Shown piece by piece: positions 52,501-64,000 of a DNA stretch of 64,000 nt. The position numbers and the translations under genes are program-made. The first letter of the stretch is position 1, and every line of letters begins with the position of its first letter. The notes beneath the pieces were generated by a model. The model was not told the origin of the DNA and ran no database searches. It saw only the letters and a program-made list of their open reading frames with translations. Source of the stretch: Nemertoderma westbladi (taxonomy: Eukaryota; Animalia; Xenacoelomorpha); NCBI GenBank assembly GCA_032718475.1, contig JAUCBJ010008979.1, positions 18,665-82,664 on the forward strand, in the 5' to 3' direction.

Positions 52501-53898
52501 AGATAATAAAAACCAACACACAGTAAGCAAAGATAATAAAAACCAACACACAGTAAGCAAAGATAATAAAAACCAAAACACAGTAAGCAAAGATAATAAA
52601 AACCAAAACACAGTAAGCAAAGATAATAAAAACCAAAACACAGTAAGCAAAGATAATAAAAACCAACACACAGTAAGCAAAGATAATAAAAACCAAAACA
52701 CAGTAAGCAAAGATAATAAAAACCAACACACAGTAAGCAAAGATAATAAAAACCAAAACACAGTAAGCAAAGATAATAAAAACCAAAACACAGTAAGCAA
52801 AGATAATAAAAACCAACACACAGTAAGCAAAGATAATAAAAACCAACACACAGTAAGCAAAGATAATAAAAAATAAAAACCAACACACAGTAAGCAAAGA
52901 TAATAAAAACCAACACACAGTAAGCAAAGATAATAAAAACCAACACACAGTTAGCAAAGATAATAAAAACCAACACACAGTAAGCAAAGATAATAAAAAC
53001 CAACACACAGTAAGCAAAGATAATAAAAACCAACACACAGTAAGCAAAGATAATAAAAAATAAAAACCAACACACAGTAAGCAAAGATAATAAAAACCAA
53101 CACACAGTAAGCAAAGATAATAAAAACCAAAACACAGTAAGCAAAGATAATAAAAACCAAAACACAGTAAGCAAAGATAATAAAAACCAAAACACAGTAA
53201 GCAAAGATAATAAAAACCAACACACAGTAAGCAAAGATAATAAAAACCATCACACAGTAAGCAAAGATAATAAAAACCAACACACAGTAAGCAAAGATAA
53301 TAAAAACCAAAACACAGTAAGCAAAGATAATAAAAACCAACACACAGTAAGCAAAGATAATAAAAACCAAAACACAGTAAGCAAAGATAATAAAAACCAA
53401 CACACAGTAAGCAAAGATAATAAAAACCAAAACACAGTAAGCAAAGATAATAAAAACCAACACACAGTAAGCAAAGATAATAAAAAATAAAAACCAACAC
53501 ACAGTAAGCAAAGATAATAAAAACCATCACACAGTAAGCAAAGATATTAAAAACCAACACACAGTAAGCAAAGATAATAAAAACCAAAACACAGTAAGCA
53601 AAGATAATAAAAACCAACACACAGTAAGCAAAGATAATAAAAACCATCACACAGTAAGCAAAGATAATAAAAACCAACACACAGTAAGCAAAGATAATAA
53701 AAACCAAAACACAGTAAGCAAAGATAATAAAAACCAACACACAGTAAGCAAAGATAATAAAAACCAAAACACAGTAAGCAAAGATAATAAAAACCAACAC
53801 ACAGTAAGCAAAGATAATAAAAAATAAAAACCAACACACAGTAAGCAAAGATAATAAAAACCATCACACAGTAAGCAAAGATAATAAAAACCAACACA
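49553..53898. repeat. 30-bp minisatellite (about 145 units, occasional 37-bp units)
   Basis: AGTAAGCAAAGATAATAAAAACCAACACAC in tandem. Confidence 0.99.
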
Positions 53899-53989
53899 AG
53901 AAGTTGTGAAATTACTTGTAAAATCCATGTAGTATGAAGGCAGTACAATCTGAACTACTTTAACAGAATTAGTAAGGAATAGAAATAGC

Positions 53990-56205
53990 AATATCTCATC
54001 ATTGGATAGTGTCTCTGGTTTATGAGCGATAATAGTCTGTCAGCTATAGCTAAATTTATAACCGCTATTGTAGCCATATTGAATTAAGTAAATTTGTGAT
54101 TAAGTGATAATGTAATTTATGAAAATAATATTTATATTGTATAATACTTGGACTTAATTTAAGCAATTATTGGTTGTTGTTATTATAACAGTTTATTTTT
54201 GTTTATTGATTTTGTATCTGTATTGTTGTATTGTGTCTTTACCGTGTTTTTTTTAATCTTTTTAATACAGTCCTCTCTACTTTCTGCCAAAATATTTGTA
54301 TCATCGAGAAATAAAATCGTATGTAAGTCACACAGGTATGTATTAGAAGCACATAAATCCTTAAAAACTAATATCATCGCGTCAATGAATATGGTAAAGA
54401 GAAACAAACTAGGGTCGGTGCCCCCTGACGTACACCAGAATCAGTTTCAATATCAAAACAGTGCAGCTTAAGAAAAGTTGATTTATATAAAGTTCTAATA
54501 TTTAACCCGCAACCCATTGCTAACAATTTGATAATTAACTTTGTAAATTATTTGATAAATTCTATCGTATGCTTTACTAAGTGTGAAATACGATATTTAG
54601 AATGCTTGTTATATTATATACATAATGATATTCAATGGTAGACATTTAAACAATATAGGTGCGATCCCGGTTGCGTTTTTATTCGCTTTCAGTGAATCAA
54701 TGGCATTGTCAGTTTCTAATGGGGTGATCAGATCGTCTAACTCCGGTATATATGGCGCTGCCGATGTATTGATATCATATAATGGAGACTCGTCAGAATC
54801 ATATAGGAGAGAGAAAAAATGTTCTGCAAATTACCCGTCTTCTGTTCTATCTTTCTCTTCAGTTATTCCACCCTTCCAATTAAAGGAACCTCCATATACT
54901 TTTTGAATCGTTTTCATTTAACAGTTTCTCCCATCTGCTATAATCATCGATATCTCCCAGTTCTGACTTCGTATCGTGATCTGTTCGTGGTTGATCGACA
55001 GGTTTGGACGATGATTCAATCAGCGTTTCTTTAAAGATGTTATTTAGTTTGTTAACTTCGTCATTTACAGTGCCCTGAGGTAAACTTTGTAGTTTATTAT
55101 CTAATCATTGGTAAAACAGTTTTAAATCATCCGACTTCTGGAGAAATATGTTTGTGGGTCTAGTTGGTTGATTTCCATATTTATCGTAGCACGAACTATT
55201 TAAATCTCTGAGTCAATAAATCCCAATCATCTACTAAACTAAGTGGGCCTTCTATATATACAGATATGTCCCGAAATACACAGAGATAAAACCAGGAGGC
55301 GATACGTCTATAGATTTAACTACTTTCTTTATCCAATTACGTACTAAATAGTCCAACTCCACCATAAGTTTCATAATAATTATATTGATTACCATAGTAG
55401 TTATACCAAGGAATGGAGAATAAATGGCTTGACTTTACTTCAAACACCCAAATAAGATCGCAGTTAGATATGTACCTAAGAATCTTGTTATTCTCGAATT
55501 TATCGCTTAAACCGTTATCATTCCAGGAGAGTATCTTGTAAAGCCCACCACCATATCTCTCATTATCTTTACTGCTGTTCCCCTAATGACTTAGGTTTGG
55601 TTGGTACTGATTGATGATGATACCATCGACAGTAAGGATCCCCTTTCGGGAAATCATATTAGACGGCTCACCCCTGGTTCTTGGGTTTCTCTTTGCATTC
55701 AACACTCTTTTTGCACTCACCTGCTTGCCTGACACTGGACTCCCACTTCTTATCCAGCAGCTGCCATGCCTGTGTCATTCTTTCCGAACCGCTTGATATC
55801 GACATCTGGCATCTCAATGTTTACATCTGTGGTATTAAACACAGACATAATCTTTTCGACATCGTCAGCACCAATGTGGTTAGCTTCCTCTTCTACACCA
55901 AGAATAATGAGGTTGCATTTGCGTCTTTCAGAGTCAATCGTTTCGAGGAAACGTTGCTGTCTCCTAATCACTCTATGACTGTCCAACTCCTCTTTCACAT
56001 TTTTCATTTTAAATTTATCATTTTATTTTATTATTTTATGTAAATTTATCTTCGAAGTACTGCTCTAAACCTCGGATCTCGTTAATTACTGCGCTGTTAT
56101 TGTTACAATACTGGTACCAGCCGTCTGTACGTTCTTGTCAAGTAAACTTTTTAGTATAGTGCTCATCTCATCTTTTTTAAGCGATCCTAAGCTCGACCTA
56201 CAATT
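53990..56205 (-). mobile_element. Decayed APE-type LINE (CR1/L2-like group) with ORF1, endonuclease and RT remnants
   Basis: ORF1: LKKDEMSTIL, SERRKCNLIILGVEE; APE start KILSWNDNGL; YIPELDDLITPLE..AIDSLKANK; RT motifs GVRQG and LFLDDTNILAES; many stops, frameshifts and deletions. Confidence 0.8.
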
Positions 56206-56208
56206 GAT

Positions 56209-56808
56209 GTGGACAAACGTACATTTAAACAACTGCATGATCTTAGGTTTAAAAATGCGGAAATAGCGAATGCTCTTTGTGTTAGTAAACGCACGGTTGT
56301 TCATTGTCGTTCTGACTTTGGATTGCGACGATTTAGTGATATATCGGGTGATATTTTAGATACTATCATACAGGAAATAATGGGTCTGACACCTAATGTG
56401 GGAGAAGTCTACATAAACGGGGCTTTGTGGTCGAGGGGTATACATATACAGCATTGGAGAGTTCACGAGTGCATGAATATTCTCCATTCAATGGGCAACG
56501 AGCATCATTCCAATACTGCTGTAATTCGGTGAAGTAATGACATTAAAAAAGCAAACTTTTTGTGGCACGTTGATACCAGCCATAAATTAATAGACTGGCG
56601 GCGATTCGTTTTTCAGGGAATAATCGATGGATATATTAGGTTAGTCACATCACTTGAAGTGAGTGACACTAGTGACAGTTACAAAGACTCAGTTGCTTAT
56701 CAGTATTTCTTAAATGCAGTCAATGAAAATGGGCTGCCAGTACGAGTTCATGGTGACCATGGCATGGAGAACTATTATATGATGTTAGTTAGACAACCAC
56801 GACTTTAG
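56209..56808 (+). pseudogene. Decayed IS3/IS481-like (IS3EU-type) DDE transposase
   Basis: HTH-like EIANALCVSKRTV; PNVGE...GAL..RGI; LWHVDTSHKLIDW.FVFQGIIDGYIR; GLPVRVHGDHGMEN; premature stop at 56530 and truncated. Confidence 0.75.
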
Positions 56809-57006
56809 TAGAGGGATTGTGATATTAATAGGAGGTGCATTCCAACATTATATTGTTGGGAGCACTACAATCGATTTGGTATTTCATTTTTTAATAGGCC
56901 TTAGTGCCTGAGTACTAACAGTGGCCCAAGTGGCCCTAAATGCTAGGTAGTATCTGAGGGAAGAAGACCCCATTTCCTATTTTATTGTTTTCATATTAAT
57001 GGATAA

Positions 57007-58420
57007 CTATGATATTGATAGGTTTATGTTGTTGAACCGTGGGATTGAGAGTAATGGATTCATTTCATGATTCAAGATTGTAATTAGAGTAGTAGAACCC
57101 TTCGTCGCTTTAACATACACCTCCTCCCAGAAAATGGTTAATAGTTCACGGGTGACTCCATGATCATCAATGCCTTTCTCGTTGACAAGTAAGGGAATCA
57201 TTACAAGTAAGGGAATCTTCTTTATGAAAGAAAGCAACAACGTTATCGAATACATAATTATTTATTTTTATAGGATCAGCAACTAAGACTTCAACATCGA
57301 GTTCCAGTGTATTGTCATACTCATGTGACATAGGGAGATATTCGAAGGCTTCCTCGATGTCAACCTCAACAGCATCAGTACAGGTAGCAAAGTCCCCATG
57401 TCTTGGTGGTGGCCCTACAGGCCGGCGAGGTCTCTGCAAACAACTCTTAATGGGAACTACATTTTCGACGATAGCACCAGTAACCTCTTCAATTTCAGTT
57501 GCAATATTAGAACTATTACCTCGACGCTGAAAATACATGGAACGTTGAATCACCAACTCCTTGCGTGTTAAACTGACTGGCTCATCAATAATTCCAGTCG
57601 TGGAGGTATTGTTACAATGATCACTTTGTTTCATATTCTCAACGGTCATACTATGTTGAAGTTCATCGTCTTGTTGACAGATCAAACATATTGACTCATC
57701 CACCATTTCTACATTGGTTCGACTACAAGCACACTGATTACCTGTATTGCTACGAGAAACAATAGTAATAGTAGGAATAGGAATTACTAGTATAGTTTCA
57801 GTTTCAATCTCTATGTCGGCAGGATTAGTACCGGTAGTTGCATTCTGATTCTGACCAATGCCGATATCCATTAGAACATAAACTATCTTACTGCATTGTT
57901 TTTTGCAAAGATTATATATATTTACACCATTAAGTGGTTCAACTTTAGGTAAATTTGTTTCAGTTAAATTGTTATAACAACTCATCAGCAGCGATATGGA
58001 CCCACTAATTCCAGCTCCCAACTTTCCGAAAACGCAGTTTTAATTGTGCTAAATACCTGCTCTTGTGACATATGCTTTGTCAATCTGAGGCCATTGATAG
58101 CATAGCCCTTCCTAACTAGCTGAACCTTTATTTGTTGTCATGGGCATGGCGACCCAACATAATTAAACAGTATAAAAAAACAGTACATCAATCAGATAAC
58201 GGAATGGAGTCATATCGATGCCGGTAGGTTTAGGCCTATGTTTACTAGGGGTACTTTTATTAAAAGAACTGGACAAGGCACCGGACCGCAGCCATTGGTT
58301 GCCGTGACGTCTGTTAAGTTGTATGATAATGTTGAACTAAAGCTACGTTTAACAATTTCAGATGCCTTAATATTCAATTCATCTAGCAACTTTCTGTCTT
58401 TTGGGTTCATTACAGCATTA
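57007..58420 (-). pseudogene. Decayed HECT-like ubiquitin-ligase gene, probably the second gene of the same DNA transposon
   Basis: EKGIDDHGVTRELLTIFWE matches the HECT N-lobe E.G.D.GG..RE motif; upstream fragments LVRKGY...MSQEQVFSTIKTAF and a Cys cluster; frameshifted and truncated. Confidence 0.55.
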
Positions 58421-58626
58421 GGCCAATGGATACTGTGATGTACTGCAATACAACACTCTGCCTACTGGTCTAGCCTTTACACTGCTGCACTGGACAGACT
58501 TAATTTGTACTCTGTACAGTTTACTGGTAGGCCTTGGTACTTTCAACAATACTTATTTCTGTCTTTCTTGAGACTTACCACTGAATTTCCCACTATACTA
58601 CAGTACTATGTACACCATGTGTATAG

Positions 58627-60632
58627 GCCAATAAGAAAATAATCGCTACTTACTCTCAGCCAATAAGAAAAAATCAATATTTTTTACTGTAGCCAATAAG
58701 AAAAAATCACTACTTACTTGTTGCGATATATGGCGTTGTATCTAAAACAACCCATTATACAGTATAGAACAGACTAGATAAGCGTATTGGTGTATAACCG
58801 TAATATAATTAGATAGGGTAAATAAAATCTACAGGTTCATTTATATTCACTCAATTTTATACAGTATGTAGCCTTAATTACGTAAATATTATAATAAAAC
58901 CCTAGTATATTAATTTGCTGTGGCAAACTTCTATAAAACTAAAATATGAATTTGCCGTTTTCTAATATCTACCGAATCTATAACATATTTGTGCTAATTT
59001 TGTTTACATTTCTACATAAATCAATATTTGTGCTAAATTAACGTTTGAATCGTGGTTTTAATAATTGCCAAATTAAGTTAAGGCAATTTTGCGCTTCTGC
59101 CCACTGGTTGGTCGAAAACCCAGCTGAGAGAACCCTGGATCCGCCCGATCATGTGAGCAGAATTAGACATTGCGTCATTCTTACAGTTTAGCAGTAGCCA
59201 TTTAATCTTTGTATTTTGCACTTCTGTTGATTGTAATATTTTCTGCTTTCTTCTATGATTAGTGACTTTGGATAATGATTACTGCTTGATCTGACTCTTG
59301 ATTTGATGTCTAATTGTTTGATCATAATTAGCAATGTAGTAAACCTAAATCAACGTTTGTGTCTTCAAACTGTCTGACTGTTTTGCTTGTTTTACGCCAT
59401 TACGGTATCCGCCCGCTTTAGCATGTTGGGCTCAGGGTAGGCGTCGCGGGCTCACTATTTGGAAACGACGGAAGGAGAGTTGGAGGATCCAATGCGCGGC
59501 AGTACCGGCGGGGCTGGTGGCTGCGGTCGGGCTGATTTAAGTTGAAGACCGGGGGCCGGTTGCCATTAAGGCTGTAAGGGAAGGTAACCTAGATTGTGTC
59601 TCTGAATGCTAGCTAGTTAGGTAGGAAAGGCCATATTGATTTGGGGTCACCTTGCCCATTTACGCTAGTGCTAATGCTATATGCTAATGCTACCGTTCAA
59701 TGTGGCTGATGCTGACGCTAATGCTGCAATTGTGGCTGCGCTTATTGTTATTGTTGTTTGTATTGTTCCGAAATGCTTGATTCTATTGTGATGTTTTAGA
59801 TAGGCGCTATTGGATTGTTTCTATTTCTATTTATGCTTGTTTAATTGCTGTTAGGTCAAATAATATGGTATTTGGGCTGTTTCTAGTGTAACCCATTAAC
59901 GTAACTAGTTAGTGTTACAAATTCTGGAATACCTAGTAATTAGTTCGTAACCCTGAATGTTTGAGAAATTGTAGTTTACGCTAGTGTTTAGAATAAAAAA
60001 TAAGGATTTCGTACGCTGCATAGCGGAGAATAGTTTAGTTATTTACTCTTAGGAAATATCTCAGACTAATTTACGCTGGGCTGTTATCCGAAAGTAGCGG
60101 GTTCGCAAGTTTACAGTAGTCGCAAGCGTAGCGCAGCAGTAATATCGCTGACTTCATTTAGCACAAGGTTACCAGGTCAGGGCAAATAACTTCCCTTCTC
60201 ATTCGCGATATTATATATTCTCACATTCAACATTTGTTCTGTCCGACGAACTGCTTTATTTCTCTGTGAAAGGTGAACAATTGGGTGTAAAATCACCCAC
60301 ACTCGTATTAAGTAGCTTGGGAAGCCAAATCAGGTTTATTGTTTTGGTTATTTTCTGTTTCGGCTTGTGCTTAGGACTATTACCTTGGTATGTTATAGTT
60401 TGATTAAATATATCAAAAGGAAGAATCCCCTTTGAGATTTCTTTAACATTACTCTTGATCAATAAGAAAAAATCGCTACTTTCTCTAGCCAATAAGAAAA
60501 AATCACTACTTACTCTTGACCAATAAGAAAAAATCGCTACTTACTCTAGCCAATAAGAAAAAATCACTACTTACTCTTGACCAATAAGAAAAAAATCGCT
60601 CCTTACTCTAGCCAAAAAGAAAAAACTACTTA
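58627..60632. repeat. ~30-31-bp minisatellite (about 9 units) split by a solo LTR
   Basis: GCCAATAAGAAAAAATCRCTACTTACTCT units at 58627-58718 and 60449-60632. Confidence 0.9.
58719..60448. mobile_element. 1730-bp solo-LTR-like insertion, diverged relative of 33866-36023
   Basis: TGTTG...TAACA termini; 5-bp TSD TTACT (58714-58718 / 60449-60453); colinear shared motifs with the first copy. Confidence 0.8.
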
Positions 60633-61148
60633 TTCATAAAATATGAAAAAAAGTTACTCTGGTTAAGTAGAAGTGGAATGGCGCTAGTGGCGTTCCATAC
60701 GGCCAGTACTGGTACCTTTATTGTGTAATATTTGTTGCTATAGATTAGCTTGACAACTATAATATAATACTTCCAGGCAACCTAATATGGGCAGTATCTT
60801 GCAAACGTCGTTCAAATCGAGACGGGTAAACTATGTTATATAATGGGAAGAAAGCAATCTTGATTTAGCGTCATATTGCGGGGGTATACCATTTTCGGAC
60901 AACTCTTCGATTTATCACTCTCAGCGTTTCAAAATTGTTTGGTTTTGGCTATAATTTGGAATATAGGTACCTAAGATGTTATTCTATGACAGGTCAGAAA
61001 AAATTTATTTTTTGCTATTTAATATTAGTTAACAATAAAATAAGGCATTTACAGTTTTCAATTTAATCACATGAAAGTTTTTTTATATGATAGATCAAAG
61101 ATGGGGCAACATAACTATCAGGCGAAATTTTGTGAAAATAATTCTGCA

Positions 61149-61164
61149 CCGCTAGGTGGCGCTG
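61149..61164 (+). promoter_or_regulatory. CTCF-like motif
   Basis: CCGCTAGGTGGCGCTG is close to the CTCF consensus. Confidence 0.45.
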
Positions 61165-61958
61165 CAAATTTATGCTAATTTTTTAGGTTTGTTATAAATA
61201 GTATTAAATTTTATTAACAAAAAATTTCAAAAAGTAGTCTTATACTTTTATGCAGGGTGGCTATACGGTAAGCTATAGGGTGACTATATCCACAGAAATT
61301 ATTTCAAAAATTATAGAACTATTAGGGTTTTGTAGTTGACAATTTCATGAAAAAGATATTTGGAGATAATCGACCTTTTATTATACATAATAATAGTGAT
61401 TTCAATAGGTCTCCCCAAATATAAATTGTTATAACTTGAAAACTAAAAGAGCTATTAAATAGCGGTTTTCAGATTTGGAAACACCATTCAATGGTGCATT
61501 ATTATAATAGATCATAAAAATAAATTCGACATATTTTGGACCAAAATGGTGTAGCCCCCCCCCCCCCCCCCCCCCCCCCCCCAAATGTTTACAGCAACTA
61601 AAATTTAAATGTATTAAAAAACCAAACAAAATTCAATTTGAATTTCGGTCCATTGCAGATTCGCGTAGAATATATCCAGAAAATAAGACAATTCCCTTGG
61701 TTCACAGGATGTATGGCGGAGCAGAACCATCAGCCTCCATGGCGACCGTCGAGCTTGGTGTAGGCGATGATGGGCACAGCATGGCCATGTACTCCCCGCG
61801 GAGAAACGGGTCTCCCCGATTTAAAAAAAACTACCACGTGCTAAACAAACAATTTTAATATTTTTTATATATCTTTAATTCATAATAACCAGAAAAAAAT
61901 TTTAATATAATTTATTTAAAATAATGCATATTATTTACAGATAAATATATAAACTCAC

Positions 61959-62081
61959 ATTGTTCAGCTTGATTATCTGTTGTAAACAATGAATTCAGAT
62001 CTTCCCAATCACCTGTCGCCGAAGGATCATCTCTGTCGTACCATTGGCTCAGAAGTCCGGAACATTCTCGAGGCCTCTCTT
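61959..62081 (-). CDS. Exon: N-terminal half of a WxxW/CysD domain (absent from ORF track)
   Basis: gacatgcag|AA...CAA T|gtgagt, 123 bp, phase 1-1; ERPRECSGLLSQWYDRDDPSATGDWEDLNSLFTTDNQAEQ contains the W.D.D.P...GD.E signature. Confidence 0.9.
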
Positions 62082-62176
62082 CTGCATGTCAGTAAAATAC
62101 AGATAATCCATCGTTGCCACATTTAATGTAAAATTATGAATTCTGGGGTGGTACCTCCGTGGAACTAATACTGGTA

Positions 62177-63099
62177 GGTAATGGTTATATTGAAAAATAT
62201 CGAGACATGAAAAATATCTAGAGTAAAAATAACGCGAGTAAAAATATCGAGAGTAAAAATAACGAGAGTAAAAATATCGAGTGTTGAAAAATATCGAGAG
62301 TAAAAATAACAAGTATTGAAAAATATCGAGAGTAAAAATATCGAGAGTAAAAATATCGAGAGTAAAAATATCGAGAGTAAAAATATCGAGAGTAAAAATA
62401 TCGAGAGTAAAAATATCGAGTATTGAAAAATATCGAGAGTAAAAATATCGAGAGTAAAAATAAAGAGTTTTGAAAAATAACGATAATATCGCGAGTTCAA
62501 AAAATATCGAGAGTAAAAATATCGAGAGTAAAAATAACGAGTTTTGAAAAATAACGATAATATCGCGAGTTCAAAAAATATCGAGAGTAAAAATATCGAG
62601 AGTAAAAATAACGAGTTTTGAAAAATAACGATAATATCGCGAGTTCAAAAAATATCGAGAGTAGAAATATCGAGAGTAAAAATATCGAGTGTTGAAAAAT
62701 ATCGAGAGTAAAAATATCGGGAGTAAAAATATCGAGAGTAAAAATATCGAGTGTTGAAAAATATCGAGAGTAAAAATATCGGGAGTAAAAATATCGAGAG
62801 TAAAAATATCGAGAGTAAAAATCTTTCGTGATAAACATAGTAGGTGATTGGCATGTGTTTCATTTCAATATTGAACAACAATTATAAGTGAATAGTATTC
62901 CAGTAATCATATAGTGATACTGCCTTCTGTATTCTGTACTGCCCAATCATCTAGGCCTAATGCTTGGTTTGCTCTGCCGATAATATACATACATTATACT
63001 TGACCTTGCAACACTCGATATTTTTCAAAACTCGTTATATTTACTCTTGTTATTTTTACTCTCGATATTTTTGAAGTCTCGATATTTTTCACCACTACC
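62177..63099. mobile_element. Foldback/MITE-like element with 15-bp tandem repeats in its TIRs
   Basis: Ends GGTAATGGT / ACCACTACC; TCGAGAGTAAAAATA array at ~62194-62824 and inverted copies at ~63014-63090; 6-bp direct repeat CTGGTA (62171-62176 / 63100-63105). Confidence 0.75.
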
Positions 63100-63218
63100 C
63101 TGGTAATGATAGAATAATGTTTACCAGACTAACAGTATCATTGGAGCCAAAAATTATTTACATAATAAAATTAATAAAATAGATAGCAAAAATTAAATTT
63201 AATCATGTCGAAACATAC

Positions 63219-63404
63219 CAGGGCAACAGAAACGAATCTCATAATCCTGACACTGATGTCCACTGCCCTGGTCGGTGTTCTTGCAAATAAGGCCGGTAGC
63301 GGAATACATATAGAGTGTGTCTCCCGTTGACAAGGCAGCAGTGTGAGTAGCAATCGTCCTGCCCTCAGAAGAAACCGGTTCCATACAGTTGTGTCGATGA
63401 AACC
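63219..63404 (-). CDS. Exon: C-terminal half of the preceding WxxW/CysD domain
   Basis: tttcag|GG...CCT G|gtatgt, 186 bp, phase 1-1; FHRHNCMEPVSSEGRT...TGD..YMYSATGLICKNTDQ...CQDYEIRFCCP; paralogous to 41257-41442. Confidence 0.9.
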
Positions 63405-64000
63405 CTGAAAGCCGATTACAGTGTTCATTACGAATTCAATACACTACACTATACGTTGCTTTAAACCGGTTTAATTGTAAAACTCCTATTTATAAACCTA
63501 TCGGCATCCGCATTGTAGCTGAATTGAAATTATTGCTATGCTTTTAACAACAAAATAGCGCCGTCAGCTGTCACCACGTTGAAGATATTATGTATAGCAC
63601 ACTTAATGCATTATCAACAAAACTGCCTATCACCCATGACTTTCGGGAGATTATCCGCATCTTCAAGGCCAGTGCAGTGGTGCCCTTTAAGAGTCGTTTC
63701 AAGAAAGTCATGAGCAGTCCAGTCCAGTGGACAGCAAATAAGCATGGTGGACAGTGTCCACCGCTTATTTTCTCCATGGGTGTGACAAAGCATATGATTG
63801 TGCACAGACTGGTTCTCACGGCGAAAACAATGTCCTGCATAGATGAGAGGAACTTTAGCAATATTTATTTTAAATGCTTTACAGCTATAATAGATATACC
63901 AGAGAGCTTTTTATACGTGTAAGAATGAAATAATATCGAGGGTTTCTCGTCTCGGCTGTACTAACTTTCTTCTGTTATACGTGTAATAATGAAATATTAA

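Noticed and set aside
49517-53991. Long Cys/Phe-rich minus-strand ORFs
   Set aside because: Translations of the 30-bp satellite
78-61582. Long G/C homopolymers (near 78-97, 42477-42494, 61555-61582) as functional G-quadruplexes
   Set aside because: Simple slippage tracts with unreliable lengths and no supporting context
60800-61590. Possible non-autonomous DNA transposon
   Set aside because: Looks repeat-like, but no TIRs or TSD could be defined by eye
63571-63922. Overlapping ~60-110 aa ORFs on both strands
   Set aside because: No recognisable motif or convincing splice sites; may be a TE fragment, needs a database search

Overview
Eukaryotic (animal, probably marine invertebrate) genomic DNA made almost entirely of transposons and tandem repeats. 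The repeats sit in and behind a minus-strand host gene encoding tandem WxxW/CysD-type (Mucin2_WxxW-like) cysteine-rich domains, with exons at 63219-63404, 61959-62081, 41257-41442 and a probable stop-bearing exon starting at 41083. From left to right: a young full-length Ty3/Gypsy element (172-7715; identical 354-bp LTRs, tRNA-Gln PBS, gag and pol in one frame separated by a single TAG); a ~33-kb 51-bp minisatellite (8192-41076) split by a 2.16-kb solo-LTR-like insertion; a LINE 3' fragment; a 6.0-kb pol-less BEL/Pao-like LTR element (42695-48720); a 30-bp minisatellite; a decayed LINE; a decayed IS3/IS481-like transposase facing a HECT-like gene; a second, related solo LTR inside a small minisatellite; and a foldback/MITE. 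The most intriguing object is the BEL/Pao-like element. It has no tRNA PBS. Instead, the sequence abutting its LTR is complementary to the predicted 5' end of its own transcript (candidate self-priming), and its 3' region is an array of about 20 repeated RNA hairpins. The many ORFs over the satellites are treated as repeat artefacts. All family assignments are from motif recognition by eye; no database search was run.
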